From positions 1 through 53,802 of the forward strand of contig WFRX01000015.1 of NCBI GenBank assembly GCA_015486285.1: a stretch of DNA of 53,802 bases. Reading direction: 5' to 3'. This document shows positions 46,342 through 53,802 of the stretch, in pieces. A program made the translations under genes and the position numbers. Positions within the stretch are counted from its first letter, which is position 1. Each line of letters begins with the position of its first letter. Source of the DNA: a bacterium (GTDB lineage Bacteria; Desulfobacterota; DSWW01). The notes beneath the pieces were generated by a model. The model made no database searches, was not told where the DNA came from, and worked only from the letters and a program-made list of their open reading frames with translations.

Positions 46342-47805
46342 TCAACCTTTGACTACACCCAGGGGTCTCAGGCGAACCGCCTTCCTGCTGATCCCTGCGG
46401 CATGCATCACCTCCACCACCCGCTCCACATCCTTGTAGGCCTCGGGCATCTCCTCCGCCAGGGTGGTCCGCCCCTGCGCCATCACGACAATCCCTTTGTT
46501 CTCCATCTCGCGCGCCAGGCTGCGCCCTCGGGCCGCCTTCTTGGCATGGGCGCGGCTCATCACCCTGCCCGCCCCGTGGCACGTGGATCCGAAGGTCTCC
46601 TCCATGGCCCCGGGCATGGCCACGCACACAAAGGAGGCCCGCCCCATGTCCCCCGGGATCAGGACCGGCTGCCCGGTCTCCCGATAGAGGGGGGGGACCT
46701 TCGCATGTCCCCGCGGAAAGGCCCGGGTCGCTCCTTTCCGGTGGACGCACACCTTCAGGGCCTCGCCTTTCCAGACGTGCTCTTCCAGCTTGGCCATATT
46801 ATGGCTGACATCGTAAACGAGACGCAGCCTCAAATCGGAGGCAGAGGCCTGGAGGGCCTCCCCGAGGGCCCTTCCGGCCAGGGTCATAATGATCTGCCGG
46901 TTCGCCCAAGCGTAATTCGCCGCGCAGGCCATGGCCGCCAGGTAGTTCTTCCCCTCCTTCGAATCGAGGGGGGCGCACGCCAACTGCCGGTCGGGAAGCT
47001 CGATACCGTATTTCCGAACCGCATGCATCATCACCTTCAGGGAATCGTCGCAGACCTGGTAGCCGAACCCCCTGGACCCGGTGTGGATCAATATCGTTAG
47101 CTGCCCCTCCGAGAGCCCGAGGGCCCGGGCCAGCCGGGAATCGTAAACACGATCCACAACCCCGACCTCGAGAAAGTGGTTGCCGGACCCGAGGGTCCCG
47201 AGTTGGGACAATCCGCGTTTGACCGCCCGTTCGCTCACCTTCTCGGGATCGGCTCCCTCCATGCACCCGCGGTCCTCCGTCCGCTCCAGGTCTCCCTCGT
47301 TCCCGTACCCCCTGCCCACCGCCCAGCGGCTCCCCTGCACGAGGACCTTGCGCAGGGCCTTGTCCGAGAGCTTTTCGATACCCCCGCTGGAACCCACCCC
47401 ACAGGGAACACGCCGATAGAGGGCCTGCACGATTTCACGGATCCGCCGCCCGCCCACATCCTTCCCCTCGAGGGCCGTCGCAACGAGGCGCACGCCGCAG
47501 TTGATGTCGTACCCGACTCCCCCGGGCGAGATCACGCCTCCATCGAGCCTCGTAGCGGCCACCCCGCCGATGGGAAATCCGTATCCGCAATGGATGTCCG
47601 GCATGGCAAGGCTGTATCCGACGATCCCGGGCAATTCGGCTACGCGGACGACCTGCTCCAGGCTTCCGTCCTGCCGCCCGCCCTCAACAAGCCGCTCATC
47701 GGCATAGATCCTTCCCGGGACCCGCATCCGCCCGGCTGCCGGGATCTCCCAGAGAAAATCGCCGATTCTGTTGAGCTCGATGGCCCGCTTCTTCTCGTCC
47801 CGCAT
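46342..47805 (-). CDS. rtcB: RNA ligase RtcB (long, archaeal/eukaryote-like subtype)
   Basis: MPDIH.GYGFPIGGV, GYDINCGVR, GSGNHFLE, HTGSRG, SHN, HRKGAT, HGAGR. Confidence 0.96.
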   Translation of the reverse strand: MRDEKKRAIELNRIGDFLWEIPAAGRMRVPGRIYADERLVEGGRQDGSLEQVVRVAELPGIVGYSLAMPDIHCGYGFPIGGVAATRLDGGVISPGGVGYDINCGVRLVATALEGKDVGGRRIREIVQALYRRVPCGVGSSGGIEKLSDKALRKVLVQGSRWAVGRGYGNEGDLERTEDRGCMEGADPEKVSERAVKRGLSQLGTLGSGNHFLEVGVVDRVYDSRLARALGLSEGQLTILIHTGSRGFGYQVCDDSLKVMMHAVRKYGIELPDRQLACAPLDSKEGKNYLAAMACAANYAWANRQIIMTLAGRALGEALQASASDLRLRLVYDVSHNMAKLEEHVWKGEALKVCVHRKGATRAFPRGHAKVPPLYRETGQPVLIPGDMGRASFVCVAMPGAMEETFGSTCHGAGRVMSRAHAKKAARGRSLAREMENKGIVVMAQGRTTLAEEMPEAYKDVERVVEVMHAAGISRKAVRLRPLGVVKG

Positions 47806-47825
47806 CTCTCAGATCACCATCCGCA

Positions 47826-48836
47826 TCAAGCAAACCGGCCGGCCACTTCTCTGCCGCACCCGGGACATTTTCCGTGCTCGAGGTCCATGGACAGCACATG
47901 AAAACCGTAACGCCGGATCAGGCGTCTGCCACACTGCGGGCAGAGCGTGTTTTCCCCCTCGTCCCCCGGCACATTGCCTGTATAGACGAACAGCAGGCCT
48001 TCCTCTCTTCCGATCTCCCGGGCGCGCCGAAGCGTCGCGACAGGGGTTCGCGGCCGGTCGGTCATCCTGTACGTGGGGTAGTAGGCGCTCACGTGCCACG
48101 GAACATCCTCCCCGAGCCCATGGAGAAATCGCGCGATGTCCCTGAGCTCTTCCTCCTCGTCGTTCCTGCCGGGAATCAACAGGGTAGTGACCTCGAGCCA
48201 TATTCCCAGAGCCCGCATCCGTTTCAGCGTCTCCAAGACAGGCCCCAGCCTGCCCCTGCACACACGGCGGTAAAAGGAATCGCGAAAGGATTTCAGATCC
48301 ACGTTCGCGCCGTGAAGCCACGGCTGAATCGCCTCCAGAGGGCCGGCCTCCACGTATCCATTAGTCACGAAGACGTTTTTCAAACCCCTTTCAGCCGCCT
48401 TCCGGGCCGTGTCATAGGCATATTCGAAGTAGATCGTAGGCTCTGTGTACGTATAGGAAATGCTCCGGCACCCGCCCTCCAGGGCCGCGGAAACAGCCTC
48501 TTCCGGGGCAAGATGCCTCCCCGCAACCCTGCCCTGGTCGAAGGGCATCTGGGAAATTTCCGCATTCTGACAGTGAAGGCAATGGAGATTGCAGCCGACG
48601 GTTGCGAGGGAAAAGGAAAGGCTCGCCGGATAAAAGTGAAACAGGGGCTTCTTCTCGATGGGATCCACATTGGCGGCCACGACCTTGGAGTGCACGAGGG
48701 TGAAGAGACGCCCTTCCCGGTTCTCACGCACCCCGCAGGCGCCGCGCTTGCCTGCTTTGATCCGACACCGGTGCGGGCAGAGACCGCATACCACCGTGCC
48801 CCCTGGAGCGGGGTCGTAAAACATCGCCTCTTTCAT
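47826..48836 (-). CDS. amrS: AmmeMemoRadiSam system radical SAM enzyme
   Basis: CGLCPHRC..CGVR, DPIEKKPLFHF, GCNLHCLHCQN, YTYTEPT, YTGNV..CPQCG..CPGCG; start trimmed to MKEAMFY. Confidence 0.92.
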   Translation of the reverse strand: MKEAMFYDPAPGGTVVCGLCPHRCRIKAGKRGACGVRENREGRLFTLVHSKVVAANVDPIEKKPLFHFYPASLSFSLATVGCNLHCLHCQNAEISQMPFDQGRVAGRHLAPEEAVSAALEGGCRSISYTYTEPTIYFEYAYDTARKAAERGLKNVFVTNGYVEAGPLEAIQPWLHGANVDLKSFRDSFYRRVCRGRLGPVLETLKRMRALGIWLEVTTLLIPGRNDEEEELRDIARFLHGLGEDVPWHVSAYYPTYRMTDRPRTPVATLRRAREIGREEGLLFVYTGNVPGDEGENTLCPQCGRRLIRRYGFHVLSMDLEHGKCPGCGREVAGRFA

Positions 48837-48913
48837 CGGCTCTCCCGGCCTGGCCTGAAACAAAAGGATCGTCCCCGGAATCATCCGGTTCAGTACTCTT
48901 CAGGGTTCCCTCA

Positions 48914-48942
48914 ATTCTACCAGCGCAATGACGAACATCCAA
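48914..48942 (-). promoter_or_regulatory. Sigma70 promoter of amrS-rtcB
   Basis: TTGGAT-N17-TAGAAT with a TGn extension. Confidence 0.5.
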
Positions 48943-48953
48943 GCCCGCTGCCG

Positions 48954-49040
48954 TCATACCACCGGGGCGAAGAAGGCGAAAAAGAAGAAGAAAAAGAAAA
49001 AAAGGAAGACAAAAAGGGGACGCACCTCTTTTGGTTCCCC
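48954..49040 (-). other. Polypyrimidine tract: Phe-rich micro-ORF (48954-49025) and/or intrinsic terminator hairpin (49004-49040)
   Basis: GTG-started frame MRPLFVFLFFFFFFFFAFFAPVV*; the same DNA folds into an imperfect 16-bp stem followed by a long U-rich run. Confidence 0.4.
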
Positions 49041-49123
49041 CCCGGGGTTCGGGGAGGGCTCGGCAGGTGGAGGGGTTTCCGCGACCCTATCCCGTCAAGG
49101 CCGGCTCACGGGACATGCGGCAC

Positions 49124-49315
49124 TCAGGCGTCTTCCGAATGCACGGGGACCGTATCCGGTTTCGCACCGAGGTTCGTGGTCTTCACACCTTCCCGGATCC
49201 GACTTTCCAGGATCGCAAGACAGGCAGGACAAATTCCGTGGCTCACCTTCTTTTCGCCTCCCTTCTCGAAGGTCTCGGTAATGGTCTGCTTGCATCTGGA
49301 ACAAATCGTTTTCAC
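49124..49315 (-). CDS. 63-aa putative zinc-binding protein (CxxC...SHGICxxC)
   Basis: GGAGGGGAT-GTG start; MKTICSRCKQ...KVSHGICPACL; C-terminal part of ORF 49124..49642. Confidence 0.7.
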   Translation of the reverse strand: MKTICSRCKQTITETFEKGGEKKVSHGICPACLAILESRIREGVKTTNLGAKPDTVPVHSEDA

Positions 49316-49352
49316 ATCCCCTCCGAAGGCGGTCGGGCCATGACGACGGTCT

Positions 49353-49369
49353 TGCAATTCTCTTGCCGA
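49353..49369 (-). promoter_or_regulatory. Sigma54 (-24/-12) promoter of the small Cys protein
   Basis: TCGGCAAGAGAATTGCA with GG-N10-GC spacing, 37 nt upstream of the GTG. Confidence 0.6.
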
Positions 49370-49619
49370 GGGGACCTTACGACGATTCATTCCGGCTCCC
49401 CGCCCAATTGCGACGCTGCATGAATCCAGGCTTCGCCTTGGCGCCTTGCGGCATGGAGGGGACAGAGAGACCGGCCCGTCGACGGAACAGGGCTCGGGCG
49501 ATTTACGATGGGGGGAACCACCGGGTCGGGGAGAGACGTACACCTGGGAAATCCCTTTCCCTTTTCCGATAATAGTTTTCCCTTCCGGCCGGGGTGAGGA
49601 ATACGGGAAAAGGGCCCTG

Positions 49620-50849
49620 TCAGTCTTGCTGGAAGAGCGCATTCAAGATACGGGTTCCATCCTCGAGAAAGGTTCCGCTCCGCTCCGCTTCCTTCTCGTT
49701 GTACAAAAAGGCGGGGCCGTGTTCCTCCGGATAGAGGAGAAACGGCACGGGCGTGTCTGTGTGGGTACGGATCCGGAGGGGTGTCAGGTGGTCAGGCAAC
49801 ACCAAGAGCCGGTACTCGATCTCCATCTTCGCAAGTCCCCGCCTGAGTACCCCAAGCACCTCTTCGTCCAGGCGCTCGATCGCAGCCACCTTCTCATGCA
49901 GCCTGCCCTGGTGGCTCGCCTCGTCGGGCGCCTCTACATGGAGGAAGACAAAATCCACCTCCCGCAAGGCCCGCAGGGCGGCGTATGCCTTGCCCTGGTA
50001 GTTGGTCGCGAGGTCTCCGGTAGCCCCGGGGACCTCGATCGTGTCCAACCCTGCACACAGGCCCAGCCCCTTGATCAGGTCAACAGCCGAGATGACCACT
50101 CCACGCACGCCGAACCGCTCCCGCAGAAGGGGCATCCGCGGCCTGTGCCCCTGCCCCCACAGCCAAATGCCGTTGGCGGTCTCTGCAGGTCCGTCGCCGT
50201 CCCGGTCGGGCAGGACATCGCGCAATAGATCGCGCGCCTCGCCCATCAGCCTCCTCAACACCTCTTCTCCCGCCCCGCTTGGCAGATGAGAATCCACAGG
50301 CTGCCCCAGGATGTCATGAGGGGGGGTGGTCTCGAGCCCGTCGAATCGCTTCCGGCCGCCCCGCCAGAGAAGAATGTGCCTGTAGGCAACCCCTGGATAA
50401 AAGGCAAAGTCGGGACCGGCCAGCCGCTCGTTCAAGGCCGCAATGCAGGTCTTGGCACGCTCCGTGGAAATACCGCCGCCGCTGTAATCCGACATAAAAA
50501 GGCCGCCTGAGCGTTCACCCAAGGTCACGAGGTTGCATCGGAACGCCACATCGTCGGGCTCCATGTCCAGTCCCATGCTGAGCGCCTCCAGAGGCGCCCT
50601 GCCCGTGTAATAGGCCTGAGGCGCGCACCCCATCAAGGACATATTGGCGACATCGCTGCCCGGAGCCATTCCCTGCGGCACGGTACGAACCAGGCCCACC
50701 GTCCCATTCCGGGCAAAGAAATCCATGTTCGGGGTGCGACTCGCCTCCAGGGGGGTCTTCCCCCCCAAGGCCTCGATAGGCTCGTCCGCCATTCCATCGC
50801 CAACCACAAGCAGAAACTTCAATCGTCTCGCCCCGGCCCCAACGGGCAT
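49620..50849 (-). CDS. apgM: Cofactor-independent phosphoglycerate mutase, ApgM type (family also proposed as homoserine kinase)
   Basis: GDGMAD, KTPLE, PGSDVANMS, TPPHDI, HVEAPDEASH, PDHLTP. Confidence 0.9.
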   Translation of the reverse strand: MPVGAGARRLKFLLVVGDGMADEPIEALGGKTPLEASRTPNMDFFARNGTVGLVRTVPQGMAPGSDVANMSLMGCAPQAYYTGRAPLEALSMGLDMEPDDVAFRCNLVTLGERSGGLFMSDYSGGGISTERAKTCIAALNERLAGPDFAFYPGVAYRHILLWRGGRKRFDGLETTPPHDILGQPVDSHLPSGAGEEVLRRLMGEARDLLRDVLPDRDGDGPAETANGIWLWGQGHRPRMPLLRERFGVRGVVISAVDLIKGLGLCAGLDTIEVPGATGDLATNYQGKAYAALRALREVDFVFLHVEAPDEASHQGRLHEKVAAIERLDEEVLGVLRRGLAKMEIEYRLLVLPDHLTPLRIRTHTDTPVPFLLYPEEHGPAFLYNEKEAERSGTFLEDGTRILNALFQQD

Positions 50850-50862
50850 TAGCTTAAAGTAA

Positions 50863-50912
50863 ATTATTAAATATAGATATTAACTAGCTGTAATTTCATA
50901 TTATTTAATAAT
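50863..50912. repeat. Perfect 11-bp inverted repeat in a very AT-rich intergenic patch
   Basis: ATTATTAAATA (50863) and TATTTAATAAT (50902) with a 28-nt spacer. Confidence 0.6.
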
Positions 50913-50924
50913 ATCTCGATCTCA

Positions 50925-52181
50925 TCAGCCTGCTTCGTTTTCAACATATTTCTTGAATACGAGCGTCCCGTTCGTCCCGCCAAAGCCAAAGGAATTCGAC
51001 ATTGCGATCCGGATGGGCGCTACTCTCGCTACATTGGCCACATAGTCCAGGTCACATTCGGGATCCGGGTTTTCATAATTGATGGTCGGAGGCACCACAC
51101 CATGGGACAGGGCAAGAATCGTATAGATTGCCTCCACGGCCCCCACGCCTCCGAGGAGATGTCCTGTCATCGATTTGGTGGAGCTGATGGCCAAATCAGC
51201 GGCATGCGGTCCGAAAACCGCCTTCACGGCCCGCGTTTCCACCACGTCGTTGAAAAGGGTTCCCGTTCCGTGGGCATTCACATAGTCCACGGCCTCGGGT
51301 TTGATCCGTGCATCCTTCAAGGCCGCCCGCATGCACTCGGCCGCGCCCTCGCCCTCCGGGGAGGGCGCCGTAATATGGTGGGCGTCTGCATTCTGGCCGT
51401 ATCCTATGATCTCGCCGAAGATGGGCGCCCCCCGCCTGACGGCATACCCGTATTCTTCCAGGATCAGGACGCCCGCCCCCTCGCCGATCACGAACCCGTC
51501 CCGGTCCCTTTCAAAGGGGCGGCTCGCCCCCTTTGGATCATCATTCCTCCGCGAAAGGGCCCGCATGGCCGCGAATGCGCTTACCCCCAACCGTGTCACG
51601 GCCGCCTCGGCGCCGCCGGCAATGACGACGTCCGCTTCGCCGCCGCGGATCATGCGGAAGGCATGGCCGACACTGTGCGTACTCGCACTGCAGGCCGTTG
51701 AGAAGCAAAGGTTCGGCCCCTTGGCCCCGAACCGGATGGCAATCTGGCCGGGGGCGAGGTTCGGGATGATCATGGGCACGTAAAAGGGCGACATGCGGCC
51801 CGGCCCCTTGTTCACCAGCATATGATAGGCACTTTCGCAGGTTTGAAGCCCTCCGAAGCCTGTGCCGAACATGACGGCCACCCGGCTCGCATTGCCGTCT
51901 TTGACAAACGATCCGGCCGCCTCCGCCGCGAGTTCGCTCGCCGCCAAACCGAAATGCACAAAAGGATCATTCCTGCGAATCTCTTTCTTCTCCATGAACT
52001 GTTCCGGGTCGAAATCCGCAACCAGCCCGGCGATCTGAGAGGCGAGGTCCGAGACCTCGAACCGATCGATCCTGCGTATGCCGGACCGACCCGCGCAAAG
52101 GGCCTCCCAGTTCCGCTCCACGCCCACGCCCAGGGGCGTCACCAATCCCATGCCGGTCACAACCACTCGCGTTCTGCTCAC
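50925..52181 (-). CDS. fabF: Beta-ketoacyl-ACP synthase II
   Basis: RVVVTGMG, TACSAS, NAHGTGT, KSMTGHLLG, NSFGFGGTN; GTG start after GGAGGGG. Confidence 0.96.
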   Translation of the reverse strand: MSRTRVVVTGMGLVTPLGVGVERNWEALCAGRSGIRRIDRFEVSDLASQIAGLVADFDPEQFMEKKEIRRNDPFVHFGLAASELAAEAAGSFVKDGNASRVAVMFGTGFGGLQTCESAYHMLVNKGPGRMSPFYVPMIIPNLAPGQIAIRFGAKGPNLCFSTACSASTHSVGHAFRMIRGGEADVVIAGGAEAAVTRLGVSAFAAMRALSRRNDDPKGASRPFERDRDGFVIGEGAGVLILEEYGYAVRRGAPIFGEIIGYGQNADAHHITAPSPEGEGAAECMRAALKDARIKPEAVDYVNAHGTGTLFNDVVETRAVKAVFGPHAADLAISSTKSMTGHLLGGVGAVEAIYTILALSHGVVPPTINYENPDPECDLDYVANVARVAPIRIAMSNSFGFGGTNGTLVFKKYVENEAG

Positions 52182-52300
52182 CTCAACACCCCTCCATTTT
52201 GTACACACCCCCCATGGGCTCGTACCCTTTCTGATTTCCGCTCTGCAGCAGGAGCCCGGAACCCCATCCCCACCGCCTCTCACGCATCCAAGGGAGAAAG

Positions 52301-52327
52301 GTTCCGGATTTCTTGTCAACCCGGAAC
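52301..52327. promoter_or_regulatory. Inverted repeat after ccdA (terminator or operator overlapping a TTGACA)
   Basis: GTTCCGGATT-N7-AACCCGGAAC, 9/10 complementary. Confidence 0.3.
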
Positions 52328-52344
52328 AAATCGCGTTTCGAGCA

Positions 52345-53082
52345 TCAGGGATGGGCAGCCCCCAACCCACCCATGAACTTCATCAGGGACTCGGTAATCC
52401 AGGTGAGATCATCCGTCAAAATCAGGGCTCCGATGGCGATCAACAGAACGCCGCTCGTGATTTCCACTGCCCTGAAGTGTCTTTTGAACAGCGATGAGAC
52501 CTGAAGAAAGCGATCGACCGCCAGGGCGGAGACCAGAAAAGGGATCCCGAGACCTGCTGAATAGACGCCCAGGAGCCCGATTCCGCTGAGGACCGTTTCT
52601 TTCGTGCTCGCGAGAAAAAGGATCGTGGCCAATATGGGGCCGATGCACGGCGTCCAGCCGAAAGCAAAGGCCATTCCGACAAGGACGGACCCGAACAGGC
52701 CGAGGGGCTTACTCTTCTGCTGGTAGCGCCTCTCCCGGTCCAGGAAGCCGATCCGGAACACCCCGAGCATGTGGAGGCCGAAGAGAATCACCAGGGCGCC
52801 CGCGACGCGCCTCAATATACCGAGCTGGCCGACCATGAACTTCCCGAAGAAGGTGGCCGACGCACCGAGCGAGATGAAAACAAAAGAAAAGCCGAGCACG
52901 AAGAACAAGGCGTTCGAGAAGACCTTCACAGCGGGGGTCGCGTCGGATTCCGACCGGCGCATCTCGTTCAGGGAAACGCCCGAGATGAAGCTCAGGTACG
53001 CCGGGATCAGCGGCAGGATACAGGGCGACAGGAACGAAAGCAGTCCGGCGGTGAAGGCCGCCAACAAAGAGGTGTTTTCCAT
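52345..53082 (-). CDS. ccdA: Cytochrome c biogenesis protein CcdA (DsbD transmembrane domain)
   Basis: SFLSPCILPLIPAY and GWTPCIGPIL redox Cys motifs; multiple TM helices. Confidence 0.94.
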   Translation of the reverse strand: MENTSLLAAFTAGLLSFLSPCILPLIPAYLSFISGVSLNEMRRSESDATPAVKVFSNALFFVLGFSFVFISLGASATFFGKFMVGQLGILRRVAGALVILFGLHMLGVFRIGFLDRERRYQQKSKPLGLFGSVLVGMAFAFGWTPCIGPILATILFLASTKETVLSGIGLLGVYSAGLGIPFLVSALAVDRFLQVSSLFKRHFRAVEITSGVLLIAIGALILTDDLTWITESLMKFMGGLGAAHP

Positions 53083-53169
53083 GGATCAGTGCTCCCCGTC
53101 TTGATGAACCTCAACGTTGCACAACCACAGATAACACAGCTCTACCTTTTGAACAAATCCCCCCCCGCA

Positions 53170-53198
53170 TTGACATCCAGCGGGCAGGCTCATAATGT
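53170..53198 (+). promoter_or_regulatory. Possible sigma70 promoter of the lipoprotein gene
   Basis: TTGACA-N17-TAATGT (or N15-CATAAT). Confidence 0.35.
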
Positions 53199-53284
53199 GG
53201 CTGGCGGTCCCGCGGTCTGGGCGCAATGTCGCCTTGGTGCCGCCTTCGATCTCTGCTTCCGAAACCAGGCCAGGGTAACCGTTC

Positions 53285-53802
53285 ATGTGGAAACGCCCGA
53301 GAGTTCCTTCCCTCTCCCTCGCCGGGCTCGTTCTGCTTGTCTGCTCGATTGCTACGGCCTGTTCCATGCTGACCCGGTACCCGGTCGAAACCGAGGGCCT
53401 TCTGCGGGACTTCGAATCGGGCAGCGGAGAGGATGCCTTCCTCCAGACGGACAAACATTCCAAGAAGGGCCTGAACCGGCTTGTCTACCTTTTGGAGGGA
53501 GGCATGATCTTGCACACCCGGGGAAACCTCGAGGAGAGCAACGCCGTGTTCCAAAAGGCGGAATCGGTCATCCGCCACTACGATGAAAAGGCCGTCCTGA
53601 GCTTGTCGCAGGGATCCGCGGAGCTTGCCAGCCTGGTGGTCAACGAAAAGGCCCTCCCCTACCAGGGCGAACCCTTCGAAAGGGTGCTCGTGAACACCTA
53701 CAAGGCGGAGAACTACCTTTTTTTGGGCGACTATGAAGGGGCCCGCGTGGAAATACGCAGGAGCTACGCCCGCGAGAAGGAAAACGAAAGGCTGTACAGG
53801 AA
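53285..53802 (+). CDS. Helical-repeat lipoprotein, COG3014-like (partial, runs off the window end)
   Basis: Not in the ORF track; MWKRPRVPSLSLAGLVLLVCSIATAC (lipobox), then LLEGGMILH..SNAVFQKAE..NEKALPYQGEPFERVLVNTYKAENYL..ARVEIRR. Confidence 0.8.
   Translation, partial: MWKRPRVPSLSLAGLVLLVCSIATACSMLTRYPVETEGLLRDFESGSGEDAFLQTDKHSKKGLNRLVYLLEGGMILHTRGNLEESNAVFQKAESVIRHYDEKAVLSLSQGSAELASLVVNEKALPYQGEPFERVLVNTYKAENYLFLGDYEGARVEIRRSYAREKENERLYR

Noticed and set aside
48928-49281. Lys-rich 117-aa plus-strand ORF
   Set aside because: It is the opposite-strand reading of the purine tract, has no RBS, and runs antisense to the better-supported small Cys protein.
49545-49572. TCCGATAA as a further sigma28 -10 element
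   Set aside because: No TAAA/TCAA at the proper spacing, and it points antisense into apgM.
50880-50912. dif (XerCD) site in the AT-rich patch
   Set aside because: Poor match to the TTATGTTAAAT XerD arm and wrong central spacing.
1-53802. CRISPR arrays, tRNA/rRNA genes, transposases, prophage or defence genes
   Set aside because: No regularly spaced repeats or recognisable motifs were seen and intergenic gaps are short; a covariance-model scan would be needed to exclude small RNAs formally.

Overview
A roughly 60% GC bacterial chromosomal segment whose gene content and synteny (ftsH-folP-cdaA-cdaR-glmM, rpsA-sppA-ihfB-HIT-lapA, PxxKW protein, several sigma54 activators) point to a Desulfobacterota/'Deltaproteobacteria' organism. 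It is mostly housekeeping genes on the minus strand: cell envelope and c-di-AMP, folate, riboflavin, NAD, aromatic amino acids, proline, tRNA/rRNA modification, DNA repair and fatty acids. No rRNA, tRNA, CRISPR array or transposase was seen. The best candidate for an undescribed system is a signalling module at 9984-17187: a cytoplasmic GAF-PAS histidine kinase and three tandem sigma54 enhancer-binding proteins. Two of these share an identical DNA-recognition helix and one has a pseudo-receiver with Asp replaced by Glu. The module carries sigma28-like promoter matches and ends in a clear sigma54 promoter in front of a secreted Fn3 protein with a Cys-containing C-terminal sorting signal. Other points of interest are a 63-aa CxxC..SHGICxxC protein with its own sigma54 promoter, a 12-Phe micro-ORF or terminator upstream of amrS-rtcB, two copies of a MITE-like repeat ending on TAG stop codons, a frameshifted Rrf2 regulator and an archaeal-type thymidylate synthase. 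All calls come from reading motifs by eye; no database searches were run.
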